DNA of 64,000 nucleotides from Candidatus Heimdallarchaeota archaeon (GTDB lineage: Archaea > Asgardarchaeota > Heimdallarchaeia > Heimdallarchaeales > Heimdallarchaeaceae). Positions 1 to 8,547 of this stretch are shown piece by piece. The DNA is taken from the NCBI GenBank assembly GCA_019057375.1, contig DXJF01000050.1:32001-96000 (forward strand), written 5' to 3'. Position 1 is the stretch's first letter. Each line of letters opens with the position of its first letter. A program made the position numbers and the translations under genes. The notes under the pieces are model-generated. The model did not search any database. It was not told the origin of the DNA and worked only from the letters and a program-made list of their open reading frames with translations.

Positions 1-1
1 G

Positions 2-712
2 ATATGTCAAGAAGCAAGTCTTAGAGGAGGGATAGAACAATCTAGCATAACGCCAGTTATAACTTCTGCTTTGTTTATGAACACATTTATTCAGAAAGAT
101 TTAGAACAATGTAACGGAAAATGTGGCAGTATATATTCTGATAATAGAGAAGAAATGCTCATAAGATGTGAATGTGGTGGAGAGATAGTACTAGCACCAC
201 CATTGCTCAAAATAGAAAATGTTTCTTTTGTTTATCCAGAAAAACTTGATCAGATTGTAATATCAAAAGAGGAGATTTCACCTAAAAGAATTTTTGAATT
301 TATCCAAAACTCATTTGTACCAAGAAGAATTATCCTACTTTTAAATCAACTTCCTGAGCTTAAACTCAATAAAAAAATATCAATTCCCTCAATTGCACAT
401 TTTAAGATAAAAGATACTAATGATGAAGTTAGAGTTTTTTTTGAATTTGAATGCAAATCAGAAAATGAAATAACTATATTTGCATGCATAACTGACACTC
501 GATATAAATCCTCAAATCTTATATCAGCAGTATCACTTCCAATTATTCAGAGAGATGTAAAGAATGGTATTTCAGGGGATTTTGACCCAAATAAGGTAAT
601 CCAAAAAACAGAATTAAGGGGATGGAAAGTAACTCCTTTTGTTAAAGTTCGAGAATTGAAAAATATCGAAAATCTCGAGAGCATTTTTTCTATTTTTGGA
701 GGAGTGGTTTAA
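2..712 (+). CDS. Hypothetical protein with a Cys cluster, 5'-truncated by the window edge
   Basis: The frame is open from base 2 (ICQEASLRGG...) into the listed ORF 71..712. It contains CNGKC...CECGG. Its stop abuts the next TTG start at 713. Confidence 0.7.
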   Translation: MCQEASLRGGIEQSSITPVITSALFMNTFIQKDLEQCNGKCGSIYSDNREEMLIRCECGGEIVLAPPLLKIENVSFVYPEKLDQIVISKEEISPKRIFEFIQNSFVPRRIILLLNQLPELKLNKKISIPSIAHFKIKDTNDEVRVFFEFECKSENEITIFACITDTRYKSSNLISAVSLPIIQRDVKNGISGDFDPNKVIQKTELRGWKVTPFVKVRELKNIENLESIFSIFGGVV

Positions 713-2005
713 TTGAGTGGAGACATTTTCAATACAGAGGAGCTAAAATATATTTCTAAAGATGTTGTTGAGATAGTAAATGATTTCAGTACTCTTTATT
801 CAAATTTGGAATCAAAAATGCGTCATTTCATCTTAACACAACCTACATTTCTAAATGAACTTAGGAAAGAACTAAAAACCGAAATTGGTTTCTTATCTCC
901 ACAGAAAAAAGATATGGCTCTAGCTATTTATGGAATTATAATCACTGATGATTTAATCAAGAAATATGAACCTCTGGTTTATGCTGAAGATATTTCAGCT
1001 CTACTTGAAGCAACTGATAAGAAAATGAGTTGCACTGATGATGAATTTGTGGGTCTATTAGCTTCCTTTGTGAATTGTATTAAAGCTGTTATGAATTCCT
1101 CTAAACACATAATTCATCATTTTATTGAATTGAGTAGTTTGAATATTGAAGATAATATAGTTCAATCTATTCTGGTTTTACGTAACTTTGTTGATGCTCT
1201 TACTGAAGCATATCTATATTTTGAAGTCGGGGAATTTTCAATTGATCTGCGTTATATCACGTCAATGTTTGCTCATGCTATAGAGAAAATAATTCAAGAA
1301 GAGGATTTTGAGAAAATACCCAAATCCACAGGAAAAATCTATCAAAAGATTATTACAAGCTATCCTATAGGTGATGAAGAAAAAGTTCTCTTTGATTTAA
1401 TTCATTTGAATCTGATTCAACCTTACTATCAAGATTTGAAAGAAACTTTTGAAAAACTGATAATAAATAGAAAGAGAGAACTTGAAGAGAAATATGTAAT
1501 TGTAAAAAAAGAGTATCAAAAACTTGATCAAATAAAAATTGACCAAGGAAGAATTGAACAGATACTAGCAGCTATTGAACAAACATTATTTGAAACTTTA
1601 AAACTTCAGAGAGAATTAACTGAAACAAAGCGTCAAAATCTCGAGAAAAACATCGAGAGAGTTCTGAAGAGATTAGCAATTGAAGAATTTGGGGTTCAAG
1701 ATATAGCAAATCAACAGAGATATATGCAATATTTACTTGAAACATGGTTCAGTATTTTTGAAGAATATCCTCAAATGGCTTTACCAATTATAGACATTCG
1801 TCAGTATGCGAAATTCGTATCTGATCCCCATGTATATATTGAAGAAAATAAGGAAACAATCATTCAACAATTAAAATTCAAAATACGTAGATCAACTAAA
1901 GGAGAAAGATTAACTCCAAGTAATCTAGGCAATGCTTTTGCAATAATCTTATTCGAATCTCTTTCTAATCCAACGGTTCAATCATTGTCCTTTGAAAAGA
2001 AATAG
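713..2005 (+). CDS. Hypothetical alpha-helical/coiled-coil protein
   Basis: 430-aa ORF with an E/K/Q/L-rich heptad-like central region and no recognisable motif. Confidence 0.7.
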   Translation: MSGDIFNTEELKYISKDVVEIVNDFSTLYSNLESKMRHFILTQPTFLNELRKELKTEIGFLSPQKKDMALAIYGIIITDDLIKKYEPLVYAEDISALLEATDKKMSCTDDEFVGLLASFVNCIKAVMNSSKHIIHHFIELSSLNIEDNIVQSILVLRNFVDALTEAYLYFEVGEFSIDLRYITSMFAHAIEKIIQEEDFEKIPKSTGKIYQKIITSYPIGDEEKVLFDLIHLNLIQPYYQDLKETFEKLIINRKRELEEKYVIVKKEYQKLDQIKIDQGRIEQILAAIEQTLFETLKLQRELTETKRQNLEKNIERVLKRLAIEEFGVQDIANQQRYMQYLLETWFSIFEEYPQMALPIIDIRQYAKFVSDPHVYIEENKETIIQQLKFKIRRSTKGERLTPSNLGNAFAIILFESLSNPTVQSLSFEKK

Positions 2006-2015
2006 GTAGTAAGAA

Positions 2016-2849
2016 ATGAAAGAAGTCATCCAATATAGGGAATTATTAAATTTTGCCGAATATCCTGATTTAGAAGATATTCAACGCGATGCTTGGAAAA
2101 TGCCAGACACTGAGCTAGTCCCAAAGAGACTAATTTACGCAACTCTGAAAAGCGGAGGTGTAGTCATTGGGGCATACCTAAAAGAAGAACTTATTGGTTA
2201 TGCATGGGGGTGGATAGGAAATAAGGAACCTTATGGCATTTTTATTTATTCCCATCACAACGCTGTTAGAGAGAAATATCAAAATCAAGGGATTGGACTT
2301 CAGCTCAAATTAGAGCAAAGAAATTGGGCATTGAAAAGTGGATATAAGCTTATCAATTGGACTTTTGATCCATTACAATCAAAAAATTGTTATTTAAATT
2401 TACATAAGCTTGGAGCTACTTGTGCAATGTATAATGTAAATTATTGGGGGGAGATGAAAGATGCGCTCAATGTAGGAATGGAGACAGATCGATTATATTG
2501 TAATTGGTATCTTGATTCTGATCATGTAAAAGATTATCTTGCTCACAAACAACGAGATTTCACCGAAATTGTTTCAAATGAGAATCATTCAGTTTTAAAA
2601 ACAAGAAGAAAAGGAATATTTTTAGAAATTGCTGAAATGAATTTATCAAACCCAAATTCTCTATTAACTATCGAAATCCCAAGTAACATTATTGAATATT
2701 TAGCTAAAAATAAAAGTCTTGCAATAGAATGGAGAAACAAAACTAGAGACAGTTTTAACAATTATTTCAGTAAAGGCTATAAAATAATTGATTTTGTAAT
2801 AATGAAAGAAAATAAATCAATGAGATGTTTTCATATTCTTAAAAAGTGA
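2016..2849 (+). CDS. GNAT acyltransferase (COG3375-like, probable D-amino-acid N-succinyltransferase type)
   Basis: YSHHNAVREKYQNQGIGLQLK (GNAT motif A), WTFDPLQSKN and TDRLYCNW are typical of the family. Lies directly upstream of an NSAR/OSBS gene. Confidence 0.8.
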   Translation: MKEVIQYRELLNFAEYPDLEDIQRDAWKMPDTELVPKRLIYATLKSGGVVIGAYLKEELIGYAWGWIGNKEPYGIFIYSHHNAVREKYQNQGIGLQLKLEQRNWALKSGYKLINWTFDPLQSKNCYLNLHKLGATCAMYNVNYWGEMKDALNVGMETDRLYCNWYLDSDHVKDYLAHKQRDFTEIVSNENHSVLKTRRKGIFLEIAEMNLSNPNSLLTIEIPSNIIEYLAKNKSLAIEWRNKTRDSFNNYFSKGYKIIDFVIMKENKSMRCFHILKK

Positions 2850-2904
2850 AGAGATAATATTTTATAGAGAAACTATAAATGAATTCCATAGCTAGGTTAT
2901 TAGT

Positions 2905-4002
2905 ATGAAAATAGAAAAAGCTGGTCTTTACCTAATTAAAATGAACTTACGACACCCATTCAGAACAAGTTTTGGAGAAACAAAAGAGCGTGAAATGCTA
3001 CTTGTCTGTATAGAGTCAGAAGGAGAGAAAGGTTGGGGAGAGTGTGTATCTGAGAACGGTCCTTGGTACTCTGGAGAAACCATTAGTTCTTGTACCCACA
3101 TAATTTCAGAATTCATTATACCTTGGATTAAAGAAAAGGAACTACTTCATCCTAAAGAGTTCAAGGATATCTGTAAAAGTATAAAAGGCAATCAAATGGC
3201 AAAAGCATGTGTTGAAGATGCTATTTGGGATCTTTATGGGAGACTAAATAAGAAATCTTTACAAAAATTAATTGGAGGGACAAAAGAAAAGATACCTTCA
3301 GGAATTTCATTAGGAATTCAACAAAATCCTGATATTCTTCTAGATAAGATAAAGGCAGCTCTAGAAAAAAATTATCAAAGAATTAAGATTAAAATTGAAC
3401 CAGGCTGGGATGTTGAAATAATTAAACGAATACGAGATCAGTATCCAGACTTACCTTTAATGGTAGATGCTAACAGTGCCTATAGGCTAAAAGATAAGGA
3501 CATTTTCGTTAACTTAGATAGATACAACCTAATGATGATCGAGCAACCATTACAGTATTATGATATTATCGATCATGCTTCACTTCAGAAGGAATTAGCT
3601 ACTCCATTATGCTTGGATGAATCGATAAAAAGTGTTGACGATGCAAGAGTTGCTGTTGAAATAGATGCTTGCAAAATCATTAATGTAAAACCTGCGAGAG
3701 TAGGAGGAATAACTGAAACTCTACTTATTCACGAATTATCAGAATTAGTTAAAGTTCCTTTATGGTGTGGGGGGATGTTAGAGACAGGAATAGGAAGGGC
3801 TAAGAACGTTGCAGTTGCAAGTCTGAGTACTTTTTCATTACCAAACGACATTAGTGAAAGTGCTAGATATTATACCGATTATATTATAGATCCAATCTTC
3901 GAATTGAATGATGATGGAACAATATCTGTTCCTAAAGGATTTGGAATTGGTGCTGATATACAAGAAGAAATTATTAAACAGAAGTCAATTAAAATAATGT
4001 AA
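2905..4002 (+). CDS. menC: o-succinylbenzoate synthase / N-succinylamino acid racemase (enolase superfamily)
   Basis: KIK catalytic motif (RIKIKIEPG), metal ligands in MVDAN, IEQP and LDES, second Lys in NVKP, WCGGMLETGIG, N-terminal PFRTSFG. Confidence 0.85.
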   Translation: MKIEKAGLYLIKMNLRHPFRTSFGETKEREMLLVCIESEGEKGWGECVSENGPWYSGETISSCTHIISEFIIPWIKEKELLHPKEFKDICKSIKGNQMAKACVEDAIWDLYGRLNKKSLQKLIGGTKEKIPSGISLGIQQNPDILLDKIKAALEKNYQRIKIKIEPGWDVEIIKRIRDQYPDLPLMVDANSAYRLKDKDIFVNLDRYNLMMIEQPLQYYDIIDHASLQKELATPLCLDESIKSVDDARVAVEIDACKIINVKPARVGGITETLLIHELSELVKVPLWCGGMLETGIGRAKNVAVASLSTFSLPNDISESARYYTDYIIDPIFELNDDGTISVPKGFGIGADIQEEIIKQKSIKIM

Positions 4003-4014
4003 ATTTAGCATAAA

Positions 4015-5031
4015 TTAATCTGGTGAAAGTGTCCAAAAAAGAGCTTCTAGCATTTTTGTTTTAAACTCATAATTTGTACTAAAACTTGCAGAAAAGAAGG
4101 GTAAATCACCAATGTATCTTTGAAGACCTGTAAAGAATTTAGCATACTCACCACTTGCTTTCTCAATATTGTCTGGAAGGGAAACGACTAAAGCTATCTT
4201 AGGTTTAGACTTGAGTTTTTTTAACACTTGATAAAGAGTTGAGAATTTCTTTCCTTTAACATTTGCTAAGAGAATTAATGCACTTTGTTTATTCAAATAA
4301 TTATCCTCAACTTTCGAATCCATTACAAAACTAAACTCATGTGTTTGAGTTTTGATCACTGCTTTATCTTCTGAATAGTTGGTTTCGGTATAAGGTAAAG
4401 AACCTAATAAGGAAGCATAGTATTTCTTGATAAAACTAATATATTCTTTAGGGTAGATAACACCAATATCAGTAATAGTTTTTTTCTTTCTAGGTTTATC
4501 TTTTACTTGTAGAAAATCTATTATCTGTTCAGATAATAAATCTGCTTGCTTAAAGCTTAGGAGGTCTTGTAAAATCTTATTATAGGAGCTAATGATATCT
4601 TTTAGGAAAACTGTGTTAACTTGATTTATTTTGGAAACTTTATTAAACTTATATAAAAGAACCTTAGCTAATTCTTCTCTAAAGGTATCTATCTTTGAAA
4701 CCATCTCTGGTACAAGCATAATAATTAAACCTAGGGTTTTATTTTTCATCCTTTTATCTTTCATAGTCTTATCTTCAGCAACAAATGAGAAGGTATATTG
4801 AACAAAACCTGAAGAAAAAGCAAAAGGAAAAGGACCATAAAGCTCTGTAGACATATCCTCAAGAGTAACCATTCCTTGAAAAACTAGAGAATAAGTAACT
4901 GATCCTGAGAAGGTGAATTTATCTATAGTATTCTGATCAAATTCAACATTTCTGTCTAATACCATTTCAACTAAGTTTGGACCAACATCCTCTAATCTGA
5001 ACAAGCAAACTAGCATAAAATATAAACTCAT
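4015..5031 (-). CDS. Longin/uDENN-like domain fused to a degenerate small-GTPase-like domain
   Basis: The N-terminus has the LFRLEDVGP, LYGPFP and D..MKDKR pattern. The C-terminal strand/helix order and PFFSAS resemble a Ras fold lacking a P-loop. The ORF is secure; the domain calls are inference. Confidence 0.5.
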   Translation of the reverse strand: MSLYFMLVCLFRLEDVGPNLVEMVLDRNVEFDQNTIDKFTFSGSVTYSLVFQGMVTLEDMSTELYGPFPFAFSSGFVQYTFSFVAEDKTMKDKRMKNKTLGLIIMLVPEMVSKIDTFREELAKVLLYKFNKVSKINQVNTVFLKDIISSYNKILQDLLSFKQADLLSEQIIDFLQVKDKPRKKKTITDIGVIYPKEYISFIKKYYASLLGSLPYTETNYSEDKAVIKTQTHEFSFVMDSKVEDNYLNKQSALILLANVKGKKFSTLYQVLKKLKSKPKIALVVSLPDNIEKASGEYAKFFTGLQRYIGDLPFFSASFSTNYEFKTKMLEALFWTLSPD

Positions 5032-5062
5032 CCTTAGTCTTTAAAGTCTATTGATATCATTG

Positions 5063-5578
5063 TCAAATTAGAATCTTTTCTAAGTGCTTCAAAACATCAG
5101 ATACAGATGAAGCTGAAATAATTTTATCGTCTCTACTTCCATCTATTTTTGAGTTGGCTAGTTTTTCTGCCCATCCTCCCGATTTCTTGAGTGCAATTAT
5201 TGTTTTATTCATTTGCCAGGCATATGAAATTTCAGATAAAGTTCCTGCCCCTCCATGAACTGCAATAACTGCATCAGCGGAAGCAATGATTATTTGATTT
5301 CTAGCGTTGGACATACCAGTTAAGATTTTTATATCTACAAAAGGATTAGCAGAGGATTTTTCTAATGATGGAAGAATACCTATTGTCTGCCCATAAGAAT
5401 ACTTCTTAGATTCCTTAGCTCCCTCACATACAGCTTTCATTACTCCTTTCAATCCTCCACATAAAATTGTGAAATCATTGTCAACTAATCGTTTTCCCAA
5501 TTTTTTTGCTAACAAATACTCTTCTGAATCTTCTAAGATATTCCCTGAACCTATTACAGCAATCTGGAATTTTCTCAT
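5063..5578 (-). CDS. TIGR00725-family SLOG/LOG-like nucleotide-binding protein
   Basis: IAVIGSG, CGGLKGVMKAVCEGA, ARNQIII and HGGAGTLSEI motifs. Confidence 0.85.
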   Translation of the reverse strand: MRKFQIAVIGSGNILEDSEEYLLAKKLGKRLVDNDFTILCGGLKGVMKAVCEGAKESKKYSYGQTIGILPSLEKSSANPFVDIKILTGMSNARNQIIIASADAVIAVHGGAGTLSEISYAWQMNKTIIALKKSGGWAEKLANSKIDGSRDDKIISASSVSDVLKHLEKILI

Positions 5579-5661
5579 AGATAAACATCTTTGGTCGAAT
5601 AAAAAAATCTATCCTAAAAATGAAACTTTTAGTTGAGTAGAAGGTTATTTCATTAGCAAAA

Positions 5662-8289
5662 TTATTCTTTATGAACCCTGCTTATATGAATTTTTAAACC
5701 TCTTTCTGTCTTGAAAGATTTCTGACATTGAGTACAAGCAAATTCTTTCTCTAAAATCTCTTCAGTTTGTATTTGCTCAGGCTGTTCTTCAGGTGTTTTT
5801 GTAATTTCATCCGGACCAAGTTGTTCTACTTTCTCATCAATTTTTTCTTGAATTTCCTTGATCTCTTCTATTATCTCTTCAGTTGTCTCTTCAGTAGTCT
5901 CGTCTGTTATAACTTCAGTTTCTTCAATATCTTGAACTATATAGAGTCTTCCACTAACTAATTCAATTCTCGCTGGAATTTCTTCTCGCAAAATCATATC
6001 ATAAATCATTTTTTCAGCTTTATCAACTGATAAACCAATTCTTTCCGCGAATAGTTCTAATGGAATGGAACCTACTTTTGAGAGACTGGAGATGTATTTC
6101 TTTTTCATCATCTCAAACTCAACGTTTTCAGACAACATACGTCCTTGAAAAGCTTTCACCAAATCTTCATAAGAACCTTCATTGAAGACAGTTATAACAT
6201 CTGTAATTATCTTCTTAAAAGAGTTATTCAAAGCCATCTCCTTAATAGCATTTGTAATAGATTCTAATGCTACTTCTGACCCTAAGGTTACCAAAGATAT
6301 AGCTACACTAAGTCCATCAAACATAGTTAAAAATGAAATAATTCTTCGAGTTATAGTTTCATCTGCTTCTTCCTTATCCAATTCTTGTTTGTATATATTC
6401 ACAAGAATTCTGCATAATAATTGTAATAAATCAATACTTGCAACTCCAAAAGCATTAACCATGCGTTTCAGTCTATCTTCAACATAAGCATCTGAAGTAA
6501 CAATATTCCTATGCAAGAATTTCTCAATTACCTCCCCTGCAATAAGTAAAGAACTTCTAACAACCAAAGAAGTTGTTTTTAGATTCTGATAAAATCCTTT
6601 TTCTTCTTCAGAGTTAAGAGTATCTTCAAGCAAAGTGTTCAGCTTTTCGTGATAATAATCAGGCTTGTGAGCTGATAAATAGGTGATCATATCAGCAATT
6701 TTCTCTTCTGGATTTAGCTCTCTAACTTTTATCAATCGCTTGAGTATCGTTTGAAAGATTTTATCTATTAATAGAGGATTATTTTGTAAAGACAATAAAT
6801 TAGAAAAAACAACCTCCACTCCTGTTGCATTGCTTATCATTGCTCTTTCAATAAAAGAAGTTATGATATGTTCATCGACATCTAAAGAATCTAATTCTTC
6901 CAATTCAAATTGTGTAATTTGTTCAATACCTGGTAGTACAAACTGACCTTCAGCTTTTGATTGGTAAAATTCACTATCCATACTCGCATCTTTTGGAGGT
7001 GGAGTAGGTATTGATTGAATAGTTTCTTCAGTTTCAATTACTTCCATTTCAAACTCATCTGTAAGAGTATCAGATTCAGACAAATCTTCAAATATCTCAG
7101 TTTCAGTTTCCATTTTCTTTGGTTCATCTGCTGAAATCCCTTCCTCAAATATTGATTCTATAAGTTCTAGATCTTCCTCTTTAACTGAGATTTCAAGAGT
7201 CTTAACTTCTTCTTTTTCTTGTTTAGTTTCTCGAACTCTAAATAAACTGACAAGTTTTTCTCCTAAACCTTCAATCAAACCTTGAGGTTCAACAGTGATT
7301 GTATCTAATGAAATTTCAATACTTTTCAGAACTGTATCCAGAAATTCTTGTGTTGATTGGTTTTCTGGAGATAAATCTTCCACTAAAACAGTAACCCCTT
7401 CTTCTCTAAGAGAAGGAACTAAATCACTGTCTTTTGTATCAATTATTACTGCATCCACACAGTCTTTAACCAATTTTGCAACATTAACAAGATTTGCTTC
7501 AAAATTTGTTTTTTGAAGTATTGTTTGTTCAATTTGACTAATTTCATTTCCAGGCCAGATTGGGGAAATAATCGCTATTTCTCCATCAGATTTTTGTAAA
7601 GTTTCTTTAAAGTGATTGGAATTGAACAAAATGAATAAAGAAACTATATCTGTTGGAATTATGATAACAGCTGATGCTGATGTGATTTTTCTTACAGCAC
7701 TAGAGCTTATTTTCATTTTACTAGTTTCTTCAAGATCTATTATACCTGTAATATCTTCAAGAACTTGATTTAGTGCTTTATTATTATTCTTTGAGTTTTC
7801 TTTTTGTTTTTCTAATTCAGAAGAGATTAGGAATTGACGAACTGGAATTTCCACTTCTCCATCTTTAATATGGAAAATTCTACTCTCTTCAAATAATGGG
7901 TAAATAAATTCATTGTCAAATATGGCTGTAGTGATGTTTTTCCATGCCTTCATGTATTCCTTATTTTCAGGTTTTATACTAGTAGCATACTTTGATATTA
8001 GGTAATTAAGTGTTGAAAGATGTAAGGGATTGTAAAATTCAAAAAATTGTCCTAAGGTTTCAAAAACTGCTAATGAATCCATGCTTTTCTTGGCAATAAT
8101 TTCAATTATATTGGTGAATTCAAGGCTGTAAAACAGTATCTTTGAGGGATCAGCGTGATGGATTTGGAAATCACTTGAGTTATTAGCTACAATAGAATAA
8201 GGAATTATGTCGCTTTGAAGTATTTCTTTTGTGAAAGGACTGTCCCTGTACCCCACAGAGATTATAGCTATATCGTGTTCAGAAGACAT
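5662..8289 (-). CDS. Multidomain protein: degenerate CofD-like domain, acidic linker, helical region, PCI winged helix, C2H2 zinc finger
   Basis: Residues about 1-325 follow the CofD pattern. SIPLELFAERIGLSVDKAEKMIYDMILREEIPARIELVSG fits PCI. FACTQCQKSFKTERGLKIHISRVH fits the C2H2 consensus. Confidence 0.7.
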   Translation of the reverse strand: MSSEHDIAIISVGYRDSPFTKEILQSDIIPYSIVANNSSDFQIHHADPSKILFYSLEFTNIIEIIAKKSMDSLAVFETLGQFFEFYNPLHLSTLNYLISKYATSIKPENKEYMKAWKNITTAIFDNEFIYPLFEESRIFHIKDGEVEIPVRQFLISSELEKQKENSKNNNKALNQVLEDITGIIDLEETSKMKISSSAVRKITSASAVIIIPTDIVSLFILFNSNHFKETLQKSDGEIAIISPIWPGNEISQIEQTILQKTNFEANLVNVAKLVKDCVDAVIIDTKDSDLVPSLREEGVTVLVEDLSPENQSTQEFLDTVLKSIEISLDTITVEPQGLIEGLGEKLVSLFRVRETKQEKEEVKTLEISVKEEDLELIESIFEEGISADEPKKMETETEIFEDLSESDTLTDEFEMEVIETEETIQSIPTPPPKDASMDSEFYQSKAEGQFVLPGIEQITQFELEELDSLDVDEHIITSFIERAMISNATGVEVVFSNLLSLQNNPLLIDKIFQTILKRLIKVRELNPEEKIADMITYLSAHKPDYYHEKLNTLLEDTLNSEEEKGFYQNLKTTSLVVRSSLLIAGEVIEKFLHRNIVTSDAYVEDRLKRMVNAFGVASIDLLQLLCRILVNIYKQELDKEEADETITRRIISFLTMFDGLSVAISLVTLGSEVALESITNAIKEMALNNSFKKIITDVITVFNEGSYEDLVKAFQGRMLSENVEFEMMKKKYISSLSKVGSIPLELFAERIGLSVDKAEKMIYDMILREEIPARIELVSGRLYIVQDIEETEVITDETTEETTEEIIEEIKEIQEKIDEKVEQLGPDEITKTPEEQPEQIQTEEILEKEFACTQCQKSFKTERGLKIHISRVHKE

Positions 8290-8381
8290 GAATTTGACAC
8301 CAGGTATGGATATGAACTATCATTGGAATATTTATTTTACACACTTTCAATCGTACCATCATTCATAAAGATTATTATGGA

Positions 8382-8481
8382 TTACAGTGACATAACCTTA
8401 ACAAAATTAGAATTAGACGCATTGTAGAACAAAAATACCAAAACTGTTTATAAAGTGAAATAAACTAGAATGTCACTGTAA
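8382..8481. repeat. Perfect 12-bp inverted repeat with a 76-bp spacer
   Basis: TTACAGTGACAT at 8382-8393 and ATGTCACTGTAA at 8470-8481. The spacer contains TTTATAAA at 8447-8454. Confidence 0.8.
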
Positions 8482-8547
8482 GGCTGATTTAATTACACTC
8501 TTACAAAATAAATTAGGTGAGTTGTTAATTGTTTAGAAGCATACTTA

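Noticed and set aside
5860-5935. Short repeats in acidic stretches (ETTEETTEE; also the EEIEF tail at 24070-24150)
   Set aside because: They are explained by low-complexity protein sequence and are not an independent DNA repeat or CRISPR array.
5662-8289. Calling this gene a functional cofD (F420 biosynthesis)
   Set aside because: The glycine-rich loop and catalytic Asp motif are replaced, no other cof genes are in the window, and about 550 extra residues follow.
8215-8427. 70-aa plus-strand ORF in the gap upstream of the CofD-PCI gene
   Set aside because: It overlaps that gene's start antisense, has no RBS or motif, and the region looks like promoter DNA.
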